From contig JASJAT010000044.1 of assembly GCA_030066885.1 (NCBI GenBank), positions 4,138-68,137 of the forward strand: a DNA stretch of 64,000 nucleotides. Reading direction: 5' to 3'. The stretch is from Arenicellales bacterium (GTDB lineage: Bacteria > Pseudomonadota > Gammaproteobacteria > Arenicellales > JAANXG01). Position 1 is the first letter of the stretch. Every line of letters begins with the position of its first letter. Below are positions 43,201-51,828 of the stretch, piece by piece. The position numbers were made by a program, and so were the translations under genes. The notes beneath the pieces are model-generated. The model was not told the DNA's origin. It made no database searches and worked only from the letters and a program-made list of their open reading frames with translations.

Positions 43201-44847
43201 ATGACCAAGCGCATAATCTACGTCCCAGGGAAGAACCTTAAGCCTGAACCCGAGATTCATCGTGTACAACTCTGGCGGTGCCTATTGGCGGGGGTACGGC
43301 GGGTGCAGCCGAACGTAGCTGCTGAGATGGAACGAGCGCCTGAGAGCTTTTTCCTTGCGCCATGGAACCATATTCTTTATCGACGACATGTTTCACTGGA
43401 TGAGGACATTCCGTGGATAGATCGTTTGATAGAAACAAATGGGCCTACCGAAGAAGAGCGGCAAGAGGCCGAAGCTTGGCACAAAGTGGCCATCAAGATC
43501 ATGTACGCCATCGGAGACCACTTCCATGGGCTGATTAAGTGGATCCCGGATCAGCGCATAAAAGCAATGATCGCCGACACCGCCCCCTACTTCGACAATG
43601 AAAACGGGATTGCGGACGCGATCAGGGCTATCGTCAAGCGGTTGGTATCTGAGGCCACCGGCAACGGCGAAAGCGTGCTGTTGATTGGACATAGTATGGG
43701 CTCCGTCATTGCTTACGACGCACTGTGGCAACTCACCCATCTGGACCAACACCCCTGCGATGTAGATTTGTTTTTGACCATAGGCAGTCCGCTCGGTATG
43801 CGCTATGTACAAAAACATCTGCTGGGGGGTCACACCCTGCACAAGACTTTTCCCCGAGGCATCTCAGCCTGGGAAAACGTATCTGCCACTGGTGATTTGA
43901 TATCCCTAGATAAAACTGTGCACGATGATTTCGCACCGATGATTGAAAGTAACTATACCGAGTCAATTCGTGACCATTGCGGCGGTGTATATAACTGGTT
44001 TCGTAACCACCAAGGTTTGAATGTGCACCGTTCTTATGGATACTTGGTTAATCCGGTTGTAGGACAAATCATCGCCGATTGGTGGCGGGGGCAGCATAAG
44101 GAAAAACCACCGGTGTTGGTTGCCCATCGAGGTTATCCCACCAAATATCCCGAAAACACGATGATCGGCTACGAGCAAGCCGTTAAGGCAGGCGCTCGGG
44201 TCGTTGAAACAGATGTTCAGTTGAGCAAAGACAAAATCCCGGTGCTCCATCACGATGCTGACACGATGAGGATGTCCGGCGTGTCGGGTTCACTATTTGA
44301 TTTAACCTTGGCACAGCTTAAACAGCTGGACATCTATTGCCCGGAACGTTTCGGCGAACAATACCGCGGTACCCCTATCACTACCCTCGCGGAATTTTGT
44401 ACGTTTATGGAAAGCGTTCCGGAGGTTGAGATGTTGGTCGAGATAAAACCGCATAGTGTGGAGCACTTTGGGCTTGAACTAACCGTTGATCGAGTAGTGG
44501 CGGCGATTAAACCGGTTGTCGACCGGTGTGCAATCATCTCGTTCCACGATGGTTGTATTGCGTATGCGCGAAGCGCGCATCAAGTAAGAATTGGATGGGT
44601 GCTACCAAAATGGAATAAACAAACCGAGGACCGGGCACGCGAGCTATCACCTGAGTTTATCCTGGTTAGCCGGCAGCGTTTCCCCAACAACAGCTGCAAG
44701 ATCTGGAGCGGGCCGTGGCGCTGGGTAGTTTATGTTGTGGATGACGCTAGCCAGGCCAACAGGTATGCAGCCAAGGGCATTCGCTATATCGAAACCGATC
44801 AGATCGGTGAAATGCTGGCCGAACTTGATTCAGAACGGGGACAGTAA
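43201..44847 (+). CDS. fusion protein: N-terminal alpha/beta serine hydrolase (GHSMG) + C-terminal glycerophosphodiester phosphodiesterase (GDPD)
   Basis: 548 aa. The nucleophile elbow LLIGHSMGSVIAYD lies at about residue 160. From about residue 305 the GDPD signature reads VAHRGYPTKYPENT...ETDVQLSKDKIPVLHHD. Confidence 0.8.
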   Translation: MTKRIIYVPGKNLKPEPEIHRVQLWRCLLAGVRRVQPNVAAEMERAPESFFLAPWNHILYRRHVSLDEDIPWIDRLIETNGPTEEERQEAEAWHKVAIKIMYAIGDHFHGLIKWIPDQRIKAMIADTAPYFDNENGIADAIRAIVKRLVSEATGNGESVLLIGHSMGSVIAYDALWQLTHLDQHPCDVDLFLTIGSPLGMRYVQKHLLGGHTLHKTFPRGISAWENVSATGDLISLDKTVHDDFAPMIESNYTESIRDHCGGVYNWFRNHQGLNVHRSYGYLVNPVVGQIIADWWRGQHKEKPPVLVAHRGYPTKYPENTMIGYEQAVKAGARVVETDVQLSKDKIPVLHHDADTMRMSGVSGSLFDLTLAQLKQLDIYCPERFGEQYRGTPITTLAEFCTFMESVPEVEMLVEIKPHSVEHFGLELTVDRVVAAIKPVVDRCAIISFHDGCIAYARSAHQVRIGWVLPKWNKQTEDRARELSPEFILVSRQRFPNNSCKIWSGPWRWVVYVVDDASQANRYAAKGIRYIETDQIGEMLAELDSERGQ

Positions 44848-44918
44848 ACTTTTTAATAAACTATGAATTAAAGCAGGCCGCACCGAACATTCTCGGCGAG
44901 TGTGACGTTTTTATCGTG

Positions 44919-45671
44919 TTAAAAAGTATACTGTCCCCGGTTTACACCTGCTTGCCACTCCGCATCGGGCACTAATTCTTTGAGCTTGTCCGACACTTTC
45001 CGGGTGAGCTCTGGATGGGAGGACGATCCCATTAGGCGGACATACAGGTGCAATATCCCCGGATGGCTGAGCCCCAGATCTGTTTGTTCCATTTGCCGCA
45101 TCGCTTTATCAAGAATAGCAATGGCCTCCAACATCTCGGCCCCCTCCACCGGTACACCCGAGTCCAAATCCCATAGTTTAAACGCAGTCTGCATTAAGAT
45201 TGCTTCGACGCATAGTGCCGCGACGTCTAAATCATTCGGGTATGTTTCATATACCGCGCGCATCGCGTCAGCATAATCGGTGTTCCAGGCGTTTGTGTCC
45301 TCTGCCGGAATATCTGACGGGTAGCGGTGTGGGAGTGTTTTAATAATGTCCTGTTCAAGGCTAGACGCGCAGTCAGCGAGTTCGATCGCCGTTTGCGTAG
45401 CGGAATCCGCTTCGATGAGCGATTGGGATAGATCAGATTCACCAAATGCTTCCCAAGGCTTGGTGTAGCTGGGACCAACGGAAAAAGCGATGCCCCAATA
45501 AGCCATGGCACAGCCGGGATCGATTTGAGCCGCCTCATTGAAACAACTTTTGGCCTTTACATGGTTAAATCCGTAGCACCACATCAAGCCTCGATCAAAC
45601 CAGATTTGGGCGTCGGGAGACTCCGTCGAAACAGTCCGACTGTAAGTGCCCAGGTCATGGTAGTCCGTCAT
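44919..45671 (-). CDS. TPR-like protein, possibly 3'-truncated
   Basis: 250 aa with WFDRGLMWCYGFNHVKAKSCFNEAAQIDPGCAMAYWGIAF, which is TPR-like. The homologues I recall are roughly twice as long, and this recollection is unverified. Confidence 0.55.
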   Translation of the reverse strand: MTDYHDLGTYSRTVSTESPDAQIWFDRGLMWCYGFNHVKAKSCFNEAAQIDPGCAMAYWGIAFSVGPSYTKPWEAFGESDLSQSLIEADSATQTAIELADCASSLEQDIIKTLPHRYPSDIPAEDTNAWNTDYADAMRAVYETYPNDLDVAALCVEAILMQTAFKLWDLDSGVPVEGAEMLEAIAILDKAMRQMEQTDLGLSHPGILHLYVRLMGSSSHPELTRKVSDKLKELVPDAEWQAGVNRGQYTF

Positions 45672-45858
45672 AGCCTAGCCTCCATAAGTCTTTATCCCAT
45701 CAATCAAAGCGAATATAACCATAATTATAGTGGCTGCAGTATTATAGTTTATTGTCTGTAAACCATGATCTTTAGAGAGATAACATCGGATCACCGACAC
45801 AAACCCGAAACGATTCTGAATTAATGAGGTCTGCTGTGTATATGGGAAGGGTAACATC

Positions 45859-46431
45859 GTGAAGTCCAGACAGCTCGGTCGTTTACTTAGGCAACACAGG
45901 TGCATTGTTTTTTTTCTTTGTATTGGGGTCAGTGTACTTGCAGTTCCACCCAGTGCGAGCGGACAGTCTGAGGACCTTGAGTTCAGCCTGACATCGGTTT
46001 ATGGCAAGCCTGAGGCACCGCAGCTTGAATTGCCGGGGGTCGACGGGGAACGTTATCATCTGGCTGCATATCAAGGCAGCGTGGTTTTGGTCAATTTTTG
46101 GGCAACGTGGTGCGCACCCTGTATACACGAAATGCCGACTTTGCAGAAGTTGAGAGAGATGTTAAAGGGGCAGCGTTTTGAGGTTCTTGCCGTGAATCTC
46201 GGGGAAGAGGAGGCGAGGGTCCGAGCTTTTTTGGAAAAGTTTACCCCGAAGCTAGAGTTTCCCATTCTGCTCGCACATGACCAGTCGATTATGCAGACCT
46301 GGAAGATACAGGGCCTCCCACTCAGCTACCTGGTCGACAACCAAGGGCGGTGGGCATATCAAGCGTTGGGCCCTCGGGACTTCGGTCACCCACACATCGT
46401 TTCACGCATAAAGGACTTGCTGGAGGAATAA
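45859..46431 (+). CDS. TlpA/ResA-like periplasmic thiol:disulfide oxidoreductase
   Basis: 190 aa with a GTG start, a signal/anchor segment and the thioredoxin motif FWATWCAPC. Confidence 0.88.
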   Translation: MKSRQLGRLLRQHRCIVFFLCIGVSVLAVPPSASGQSEDLEFSLTSVYGKPEAPQLELPGVDGERYHLAAYQGSVVLVNFWATWCAPCIHEMPTLQKLREMLKGQRFEVLAVNLGEEEARVRAFLEKFTPKLEFPILLAHDQSIMQTWKIQGLPLSYLVDNQGRWAYQALGPRDFGHPHIVSRIKDLLEE

Positions 46432-46528
46432 ATTATAAAAGCTGGTATTTGATGTGACGTATAAAATAAAGAGGATTGGCTAGGGGCACATATCAAAGCT
46501 TGTAATTACAACATTCGGGACTTTAGCG

Positions 46529-46882
46529 ATGAACGAAAAAAACTGGCTCGTATTTCAGCTAGCCGAGCTTCTGGAAAAAGTGAAGCCGGGTGGGGTTCGA
46601 CTCCACGAATTCCTACGCACCCCTTCACTGAGTTGTTCTGTTTATCACGTACCAGCCGGCTCAAAGGATATGCAGAGTGTCCATGAAGAGGATGAGCTCT
46701 ATCTGGTGCTGGAAGGACGAGCACATTTGCGTGTAGAAGAGGACGACTACCTGGTTGAGAAAGGTACGCTTATGTACGTGCGACGCGCCAGCGAACATAC
46801 TTTTTTCGACGTGGAAGAAGATTTGACAGTGCTGGCCTTTTTCGGGGCAGCGACTAGGAATGTCGGCTGGCAGCATGGATAA
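46529..46882 (+). CDS. cupin-domain protein
   Basis: 117 aa. HEEDELYLVLEG...VEKGTLMYVRRASEHTF matches the two-motif cupin pattern. Confidence 0.75.
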   Translation: MNEKNWLVFQLAELLEKVKPGGVRLHEFLRTPSLSCSVYHVPAGSKDMQSVHEEDELYLVLEGRAHLRVEEDDYLVEKGTLMYVRRASEHTFFDVEEDLTVLAFFGAATRNVGWQHG

Positions 46883-47126
46883 GTTGTATCCATTGGTTGT
46901 AGGAAGAACCCAACAAGGATTCCAGTATCTAAATGAGATAGAACCTGCATCCGGCGGGTAGATCTTTAAGCATCCGAACGGGGAATTCGTGTATTATTGC
47001 CGGATCGCGTCTGGTGCGCTGTGTTGTGATCGCAGGACCGATTGACCATTTTGTATACAACGTCCTGAGGTGCGTACCAAACAGCTTTAAGTTGTCTTAA
47101 TACAAGCCATTAGGAGGATACAAATA

Positions 47127-48722
47127 ATGTCTGAGTTATCGCGACTGCAAAGTCTTTTTGAGGCGGGCAAGATCTCACGGCGTGAGTTCTTAAGTCGTGC
47201 TGCCGCCCTCGGTGTTGCCGGCATGGTACCGGCCAGTTTACTGTCTACACCCGCTCTGGCGGAGCCGAAGAAGGGCGGGAAATTCAGAGTCGGCCTCGGT
47301 CACGGGTCCACCACCGACTCCCTGGACCCGGGCACTTACGAAAACGATTTTATGATCGGGTCCTCATTTGCCCGATTTAATTTTCTTACGACGATTACGA
47401 CTAAGGGAGAAATAGTGGGTGAATTGGCGGAAAGCTGGGATGTCACGCCGGATGCTAAGACGTGGACCTTTAAGATGCGTTCGGGGGTCGAGTTCCACAA
47501 CGGCAAGACCATGGATGCCAACGACGTAGTAACGTCCATCAATCACCATCGCGGTGAGGAATCCCAATCGGCGGCAAAACCCAATGTCGAACCGATCGAA
47601 GACATTAAAGTTGACGGCGATACGGTCGTCTTCACCTTAAACAGCGGCAACGCTGACTTTCCATACTTGGTAAGTGATTACCATCTGCCCATCATGCCGG
47701 CCAAAGACGGCAAGCCCGACTGGCAGTCTGCGGTGGGAACCGGTCCCTATATGCAGACCAACTTTGAACCGGGTATCGGGTTGGAGCTGAAGAGAAACCC
47801 GAACTACTTTAAGCCCGACAGCGCCTGGTTCGACGAGGCCCACATTATCACCATTGCTGATGTCGCGGCGCGGACCAATGCGTTGATGACAGGTGAGATC
47901 GACTTTATGGATCGGTGCGATGTGAAGACTGTGCATCTGCTCGAGCGAAATAAGAACGTCAGGGTCGAAGAGGTCAGCGGCACCGGGCATTATTCCATTC
48001 CCATGCGCACTCATTTGGCGCCCTTTGACGACAACAATGTACGGTTGGCACTGAAATATGCCATAGATCGGGAAAAAATCCTGGAAACGGTGTTGTTCGG
48101 CCACGGCTATATCGGTAACGACCATCCGATCGGCAAGGGACAGCGCTATTTTGCTTCGGAGCTTGAGCAGAAGAGCTATGACCCCGACAAGGCTAAGCAC
48201 TTTCTAAAGCAGTCGGGTCTGTCGAGCCTCAAAGTCGACCTAAGCGCAGCCGATGCGGCCTTTGGCGGTGCGGTGGACGCCGCCGTGTTGTATAAAGAGC
48301 ATGCCGCCGCCGCGGGTATTGAGATTAATGTAGTACGTGAGCCGAATGACGGCTACTGGTCCAACGTCTGGAATACGGACAATCGCAAGTGGTGCATGTG
48401 CTACTGGGGTGGCCGGCCCACCGAGGACTGGATGTTTTCCACGGCCTATGCTTCAGGCGTGGCCTGGAACGACTCGAAGTGGGAGCATGAAAAGTTTAAC
48501 CAGCTACTGGTTGCAGCTCGGTCTGAATTGGACGAGGCTAAACGCCGAGACATGTACGTGGAAATGCAGCGCCTCGTCAGCGACGAGGGGGGTGTTGTCA
48601 TTCCCGTCTTCAATAACTATGTCCACGCGGTGGCGAGCAAGGTCGCCCACGGCCCCGATTTAGCAACGAACTGGGCCAACGACGGTCACAAGTACTTAGA
48701 GCGTTGGTGGTTTGCCTCGTAA
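47127..48722 (+). CDS. ABC transporter substrate-binding protein, family 5 (Dpp/Opp/nickel/opine type), Tat-exported
   Basis: 531 aa with the twin-arginine signal SRREFLSRAAALGVAG...ALA. AGGAGG lies upstream of the ATG. Confidence 0.9.
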   Translation: MSELSRLQSLFEAGKISRREFLSRAAALGVAGMVPASLLSTPALAEPKKGGKFRVGLGHGSTTDSLDPGTYENDFMIGSSFARFNFLTTITTKGEIVGELAESWDVTPDAKTWTFKMRSGVEFHNGKTMDANDVVTSINHHRGEESQSAAKPNVEPIEDIKVDGDTVVFTLNSGNADFPYLVSDYHLPIMPAKDGKPDWQSAVGTGPYMQTNFEPGIGLELKRNPNYFKPDSAWFDEAHIITIADVAARTNALMTGEIDFMDRCDVKTVHLLERNKNVRVEEVSGTGHYSIPMRTHLAPFDDNNVRLALKYAIDREKILETVLFGHGYIGNDHPIGKGQRYFASELEQKSYDPDKAKHFLKQSGLSSLKVDLSAADAAFGGAVDAAVLYKEHAAAAGIEINVVREPNDGYWSNVWNTDNRKWCMCYWGGRPTEDWMFSTAYASGVAWNDSKWEHEKFNQLLVAARSELDEAKRRDMYVEMQRLVSDEGGVVIPVFNNYVHAVASKVAHGPDLATNWANDGHKYLERWWFAS

Positions 48723-48738
48723 TACAACTTGTCTAAAT

Positions 48739-48870
48739 GGGCGATTGAGGATTTATATCTTCAATCGCCCACGGGCTACGTAAGTAGCGGGCTAATCAGT
48801 CTAGTCGTTAGTAACAAGCTCTCGCTACTGTTACTAACGGTCCTGGCAGCATGCGAGAGTGCGCTCTCGC
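48739..48870 (+). repeat. array of three perfect stem-loops directly after the binding-protein gene
   Basis: H1 is GGGCGATTGA / TCAATCGCCC (48739-48748 / 48761-48770). H2 is CGTTAGTAAC / GTTACTAACG (48806-48815 / 48830-48839). H3 is GCGAGAG / CTCTCGC (48853-48859 / 48864-48870). Confidence 0.6.
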
Positions 48871-48968
48871 GAATATGACGAGTTGAAGGATCTTGGGTTT
48901 CGGCAGGGAGGAGCATCAGTGCTAGACTGAGGGATAAGATCGACTGAGCCCCCGAGCGACCAAAACCC

Positions 48969-49550
48969 ATGGCTAGATCCCGTTTTGGTTTTTTGATTTT
49001 GTTGCTGTGCCTTGTTTTTCAACCGGGCCGGGCAGAAGACGGCCCCGGGCTACCCACCGGGATCTGTTCCGGGGCATATTATCAATGTGACCAAGAAGCC
49101 AGGCGTGTGTGGTCATTGTTTAGTAATGCCGAGGGAGTCAATCACACCGGGGAAAATTTTCTTGCCGTGGGACAGTGCTCCGTCAACGGTTCAACCTCAG
49201 GTGACGTCTACGTCTTGCTTGGGCTATCAAGAAGATCGGAGAGTGTGTACTTCGACGCGATTATCAGTTTCTACAATGACCTATCCCGCTATAGAAACCT
49301 CCCCGCCTCCGCAGTTCCGCTAGTTTTCCCCGGGATCTACCGAAAGCAAAACCTGATTACCCAGTCGGTGTCATACGATTACATTGCATACACCGAAAAC
49401 ACCTCGACCCGATACTGGATACGCTATCATCCCCCTACAAAATCGGTTGTCATGGTCAGCTATTTTGGTTTCAAGTATACGTTTTTATGTGAATTTCCTG
49501 TAAGTGAAACGCTGGCCGCAAGCGAGCTTCCAACCCTTTCCCTCAATTGA
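48969..49550 (+). CDS. hypothetical secreted protein with no family recognised
   Basis: 193 aa with signal peptide MARSRFGFLILLLCLVFQPGRA/EDG and several Cys in the mature part. I saw no obvious Shine-Dalgarno sequence. The gene is flanked by 246 and 231 bp of non-coding DNA. Confidence 0.5.
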   Translation: MARSRFGFLILLLCLVFQPGRAEDGPGLPTGICSGAYYQCDQEARRVWSLFSNAEGVNHTGENFLAVGQCSVNGSTSGDVYVLLGLSRRSESVYFDAIISFYNDLSRYRNLPASAVPLVFPGIYRKQNLITQSVSYDYIAYTENTSTRYWIRYHPPTKSVVMVSYFGFKYTFLCEFPVSETLAASELPTLSLN

Positions 49551-49781
49551 AAGCCGGACGCGTCCTCTGTTTCGCTGACACGATCGCTACTAGCTGTGCC
49601 GGACTTATCTCTTTATTACATGCTGTTATTACATCTTGGTCGTCATTCCGCATTGGTCAGCTACCTTTGGGGTGATAAAGTGAGAGGTGCGAACTGGCAT
49701 TCGGTCATCGTAGAATAGGGCATAAAGAGCACGGCTGCTCCCTTAAATTAGAAAAACCACGTTGATTCTGGAGGAGAGACC

Positions 49782-50738
49782 ATGAAAGACGTATTCGGAA
49801 TCGTGGCCAAACGGCTCGGCCTCGGGCTGGTGACGTTGCTGATAGTCTCCATCATCATCTTCGGTGCGGTGGAAATGCTGCCGGGGGATCTTGCACAGGC
49901 GGTACTGGGACAATCCGCAACCCCGGAAACCGTGGAAGCCATGCGTAAGGAACTCGGGCTGGATCGTCCTGCCCCGGTCCGCTACCTGGACTGGCTTAAG
50001 GGCGCAGTTACCGGGGACTTTGGGACGTCGCTGGCGAACAAGCGACCCGTTGCCGAACAGATCGGCCCTCGCTTTGCCAACACGTTGTTTCTAGCCGCGT
50101 ACGCGGCCGTGATAGCAGTACCTCTGTCCATCGGGCTGGGCATAATGGCGGCTTTATACCGTAATTCTGTGTTCGACCGGGTAGCGAATGTGGCAACACT
50201 GACATCGATATCATCGCCCGAGTTTTTTGTCGGTTATATATTGGTTCTCTTTCTTGCCGTCCTGAATCCGTTGTTCCCGTCGATTTCAAGCCTGAGTGAA
50301 GACATGACCCTGGCCCAGAAGTTGGAACGCACCTTTTTACCGGCGCTTACTTTGGTCCTGGTCGTTACAGCGCACATGATGCGGATGACCCGGGCGGCCA
50401 TTATCAACCTGCTCGCTTCGCCCTATATCGAGATGGCCCGTTTGAAAGGCGTGCCCAATTGGAGGGTCATTACCCACCACGCTTTGCCGAATGCGTGGGC
50501 GCCGGTCATTAATGTGGTGGCATTAAACCTGGCTTATTTGATCACCGGGGTCGTTCTGGTTGAAGTGGTCTTCGTGTATCCGGGTATTGGTCAACTACTG
50601 GTGGATAGCGTCACCGCACGGGATTTTCCGGTTGTCCAGGCCAGCTGTCTGATTTTCGCGTCAACGTTCATTATTTTGAACCTGCTGGCCGATGTCGGGG
50701 CCATCTTGACTAATCCGCGTTTACGGCACCCGAAGTGA
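49782..50738 (+). CDS. ABC peptide/opine-type permease (DppB/OppB-like)
   Basis: 318 aa with a typical N-terminus and the EAA-type loop YIEMARLKGVPNWRVITHHALPNA. Confidence 0.9.
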   Translation: MKDVFGIVAKRLGLGLVTLLIVSIIIFGAVEMLPGDLAQAVLGQSATPETVEAMRKELGLDRPAPVRYLDWLKGAVTGDFGTSLANKRPVAEQIGPRFANTLFLAAYAAVIAVPLSIGLGIMAALYRNSVFDRVANVATLTSISSPEFFVGYILVLFLAVLNPLFPSISSLSEDMTLAQKLERTFLPALTLVLVVTAHMMRMTRAAIINLLASPYIEMARLKGVPNWRVITHHALPNAWAPVINVVALNLAYLITGVVLVEVVFVYPGIGQLLVDSVTARDFPVVQASCLIFASTFIILNLLADVGAILTNPRLRHPK

Positions 50739-50748
50739 GGTCAACACC

Positions 50749-51810
50749 ATGAATTACTTTATTATCGGTTACTACGCGATGTTGATCGGTGCCTCGTGTG
50801 TCGCGGCCTACTTTAAAAATCGCCAGGCGTTTTTATTGATTTTTACGCTCACGCTGGTCTCGTTCGTCATGGGTCTCATCGGCGGTGAGAGTGTTCTGTG
50901 GAGCGTAACCGTAGCCGCCGGTCTCATCGCCGCCAGCGCGGGTATTGCCTACAGCTTCAGGGAGTTCCTGATTATCATCTTGCCGAAACAGGGGGCCAAA
51001 ACCATGCGGACGGCACCCCTCACGGCCAGTTTTGGTTTGTTTGTGGTGATTATCTATGTTATCGCGGCGGTTTTTGCTCCGGTCATTGCACCGTTCGGTC
51101 AGGCTGAAGTGGTGGGCACTTCCTTTGCCCCGCCCGACGATAAAATGCTGCTGGGTGCCGACCAGCTGGGCCGGGACATGTTCAGTCGCATCATATACGG
51201 CGCCCGAAATACGATGGGCTTGTCGCTTATGACGACAGCCATTGCGTACTTGATGGGGTGTGTACTCGGTATGCTGGCAGCAGTGAGGGGAGGCTGGCTC
51301 GACCAGTTTCTGGGCAGACTGGTCGATGTGATTATGTCCATCCCATCACTGATTTTCGCGCTGTTGCTATTGAGCATCTTTGGCACGCAGTTATACATCC
51401 TTGTCTTAGTAATCGCATTCATTTACACCCCCTATGTGTTTAGATTGTCCCGCGCGGTCGCGGGCAATATCGTGGTCATGGACTATATAGAGGCCGCCCG
51501 GCTGCGCGGTGAGGGAACTTGGCATCTGATAACAAGGGAAGTTTTGCCAAATGCCATGGCACCATTGGTCGCGGAGTTTGGGTTGCGATTCTGTTTTGTC
51601 TTTTTACTCGTGGCGGGACTGTCCTTCCTGGGGTTGGGTATACAACCCCCAACCGCCGACTGGGGCTCAATGGTGCGTGAGAACGCCACGTTGATCTCCT
51701 TCGGGGAAATCACACCGCTAATTCCGGCCGCCGCGATCGCATTATTGACCGTGTCCATCAATTTTATAGTGGATTGGATGCTGTATCTTTCTGCCGGCCT
51801 AAAAGATTAA
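50749..51810 (+). CDS. ABC peptide/opine-type permease (DppC/OppC-like) with an ~85-aa N-terminal extension
   Basis: 353 aa. The canonical DppC-like part starts near M86 (ATG 51004), with loop YIEAARLRGEGTWHLITREVLPNA. GAGG lies 8 nt before ATG 50749. Confidence 0.85.
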   Translation: MNYFIIGYYAMLIGASCVAAYFKNRQAFLLIFTLTLVSFVMGLIGGESVLWSVTVAAGLIAASAGIAYSFREFLIIILPKQGAKTMRTAPLTASFGLFVVIIYVIAAVFAPVIAPFGQAEVVGTSFAPPDDKMLLGADQLGRDMFSRIIYGARNTMGLSLMTTAIAYLMGCVLGMLAAVRGGWLDQFLGRLVDVIMSIPSLIFALLLLSIFGTQLYILVLVIAFIYTPYVFRLSRAVAGNIVVMDYIEAARLRGEGTWHLITREVLPNAMAPLVAEFGLRFCFVFLLVAGLSFLGLGIQPPTADWGSMVRENATLISFGEITPLIPAAAIALLTVSINFIVDWMLYLSAGLKD

Positions 51811-51828
51811 TGAAAGAGAGCTAGTATT

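Noticed and set aside
46432-46528. Imperfect inverted repeat AAGCTggTATTTGATGTG ... CACATATCAAAGCTT after the tlpA-like gene as a terminator.
   Set aside because: The stem is interrupted by bulges, the loop is about 30 nt, and no U-tract follows. It is not convincing.
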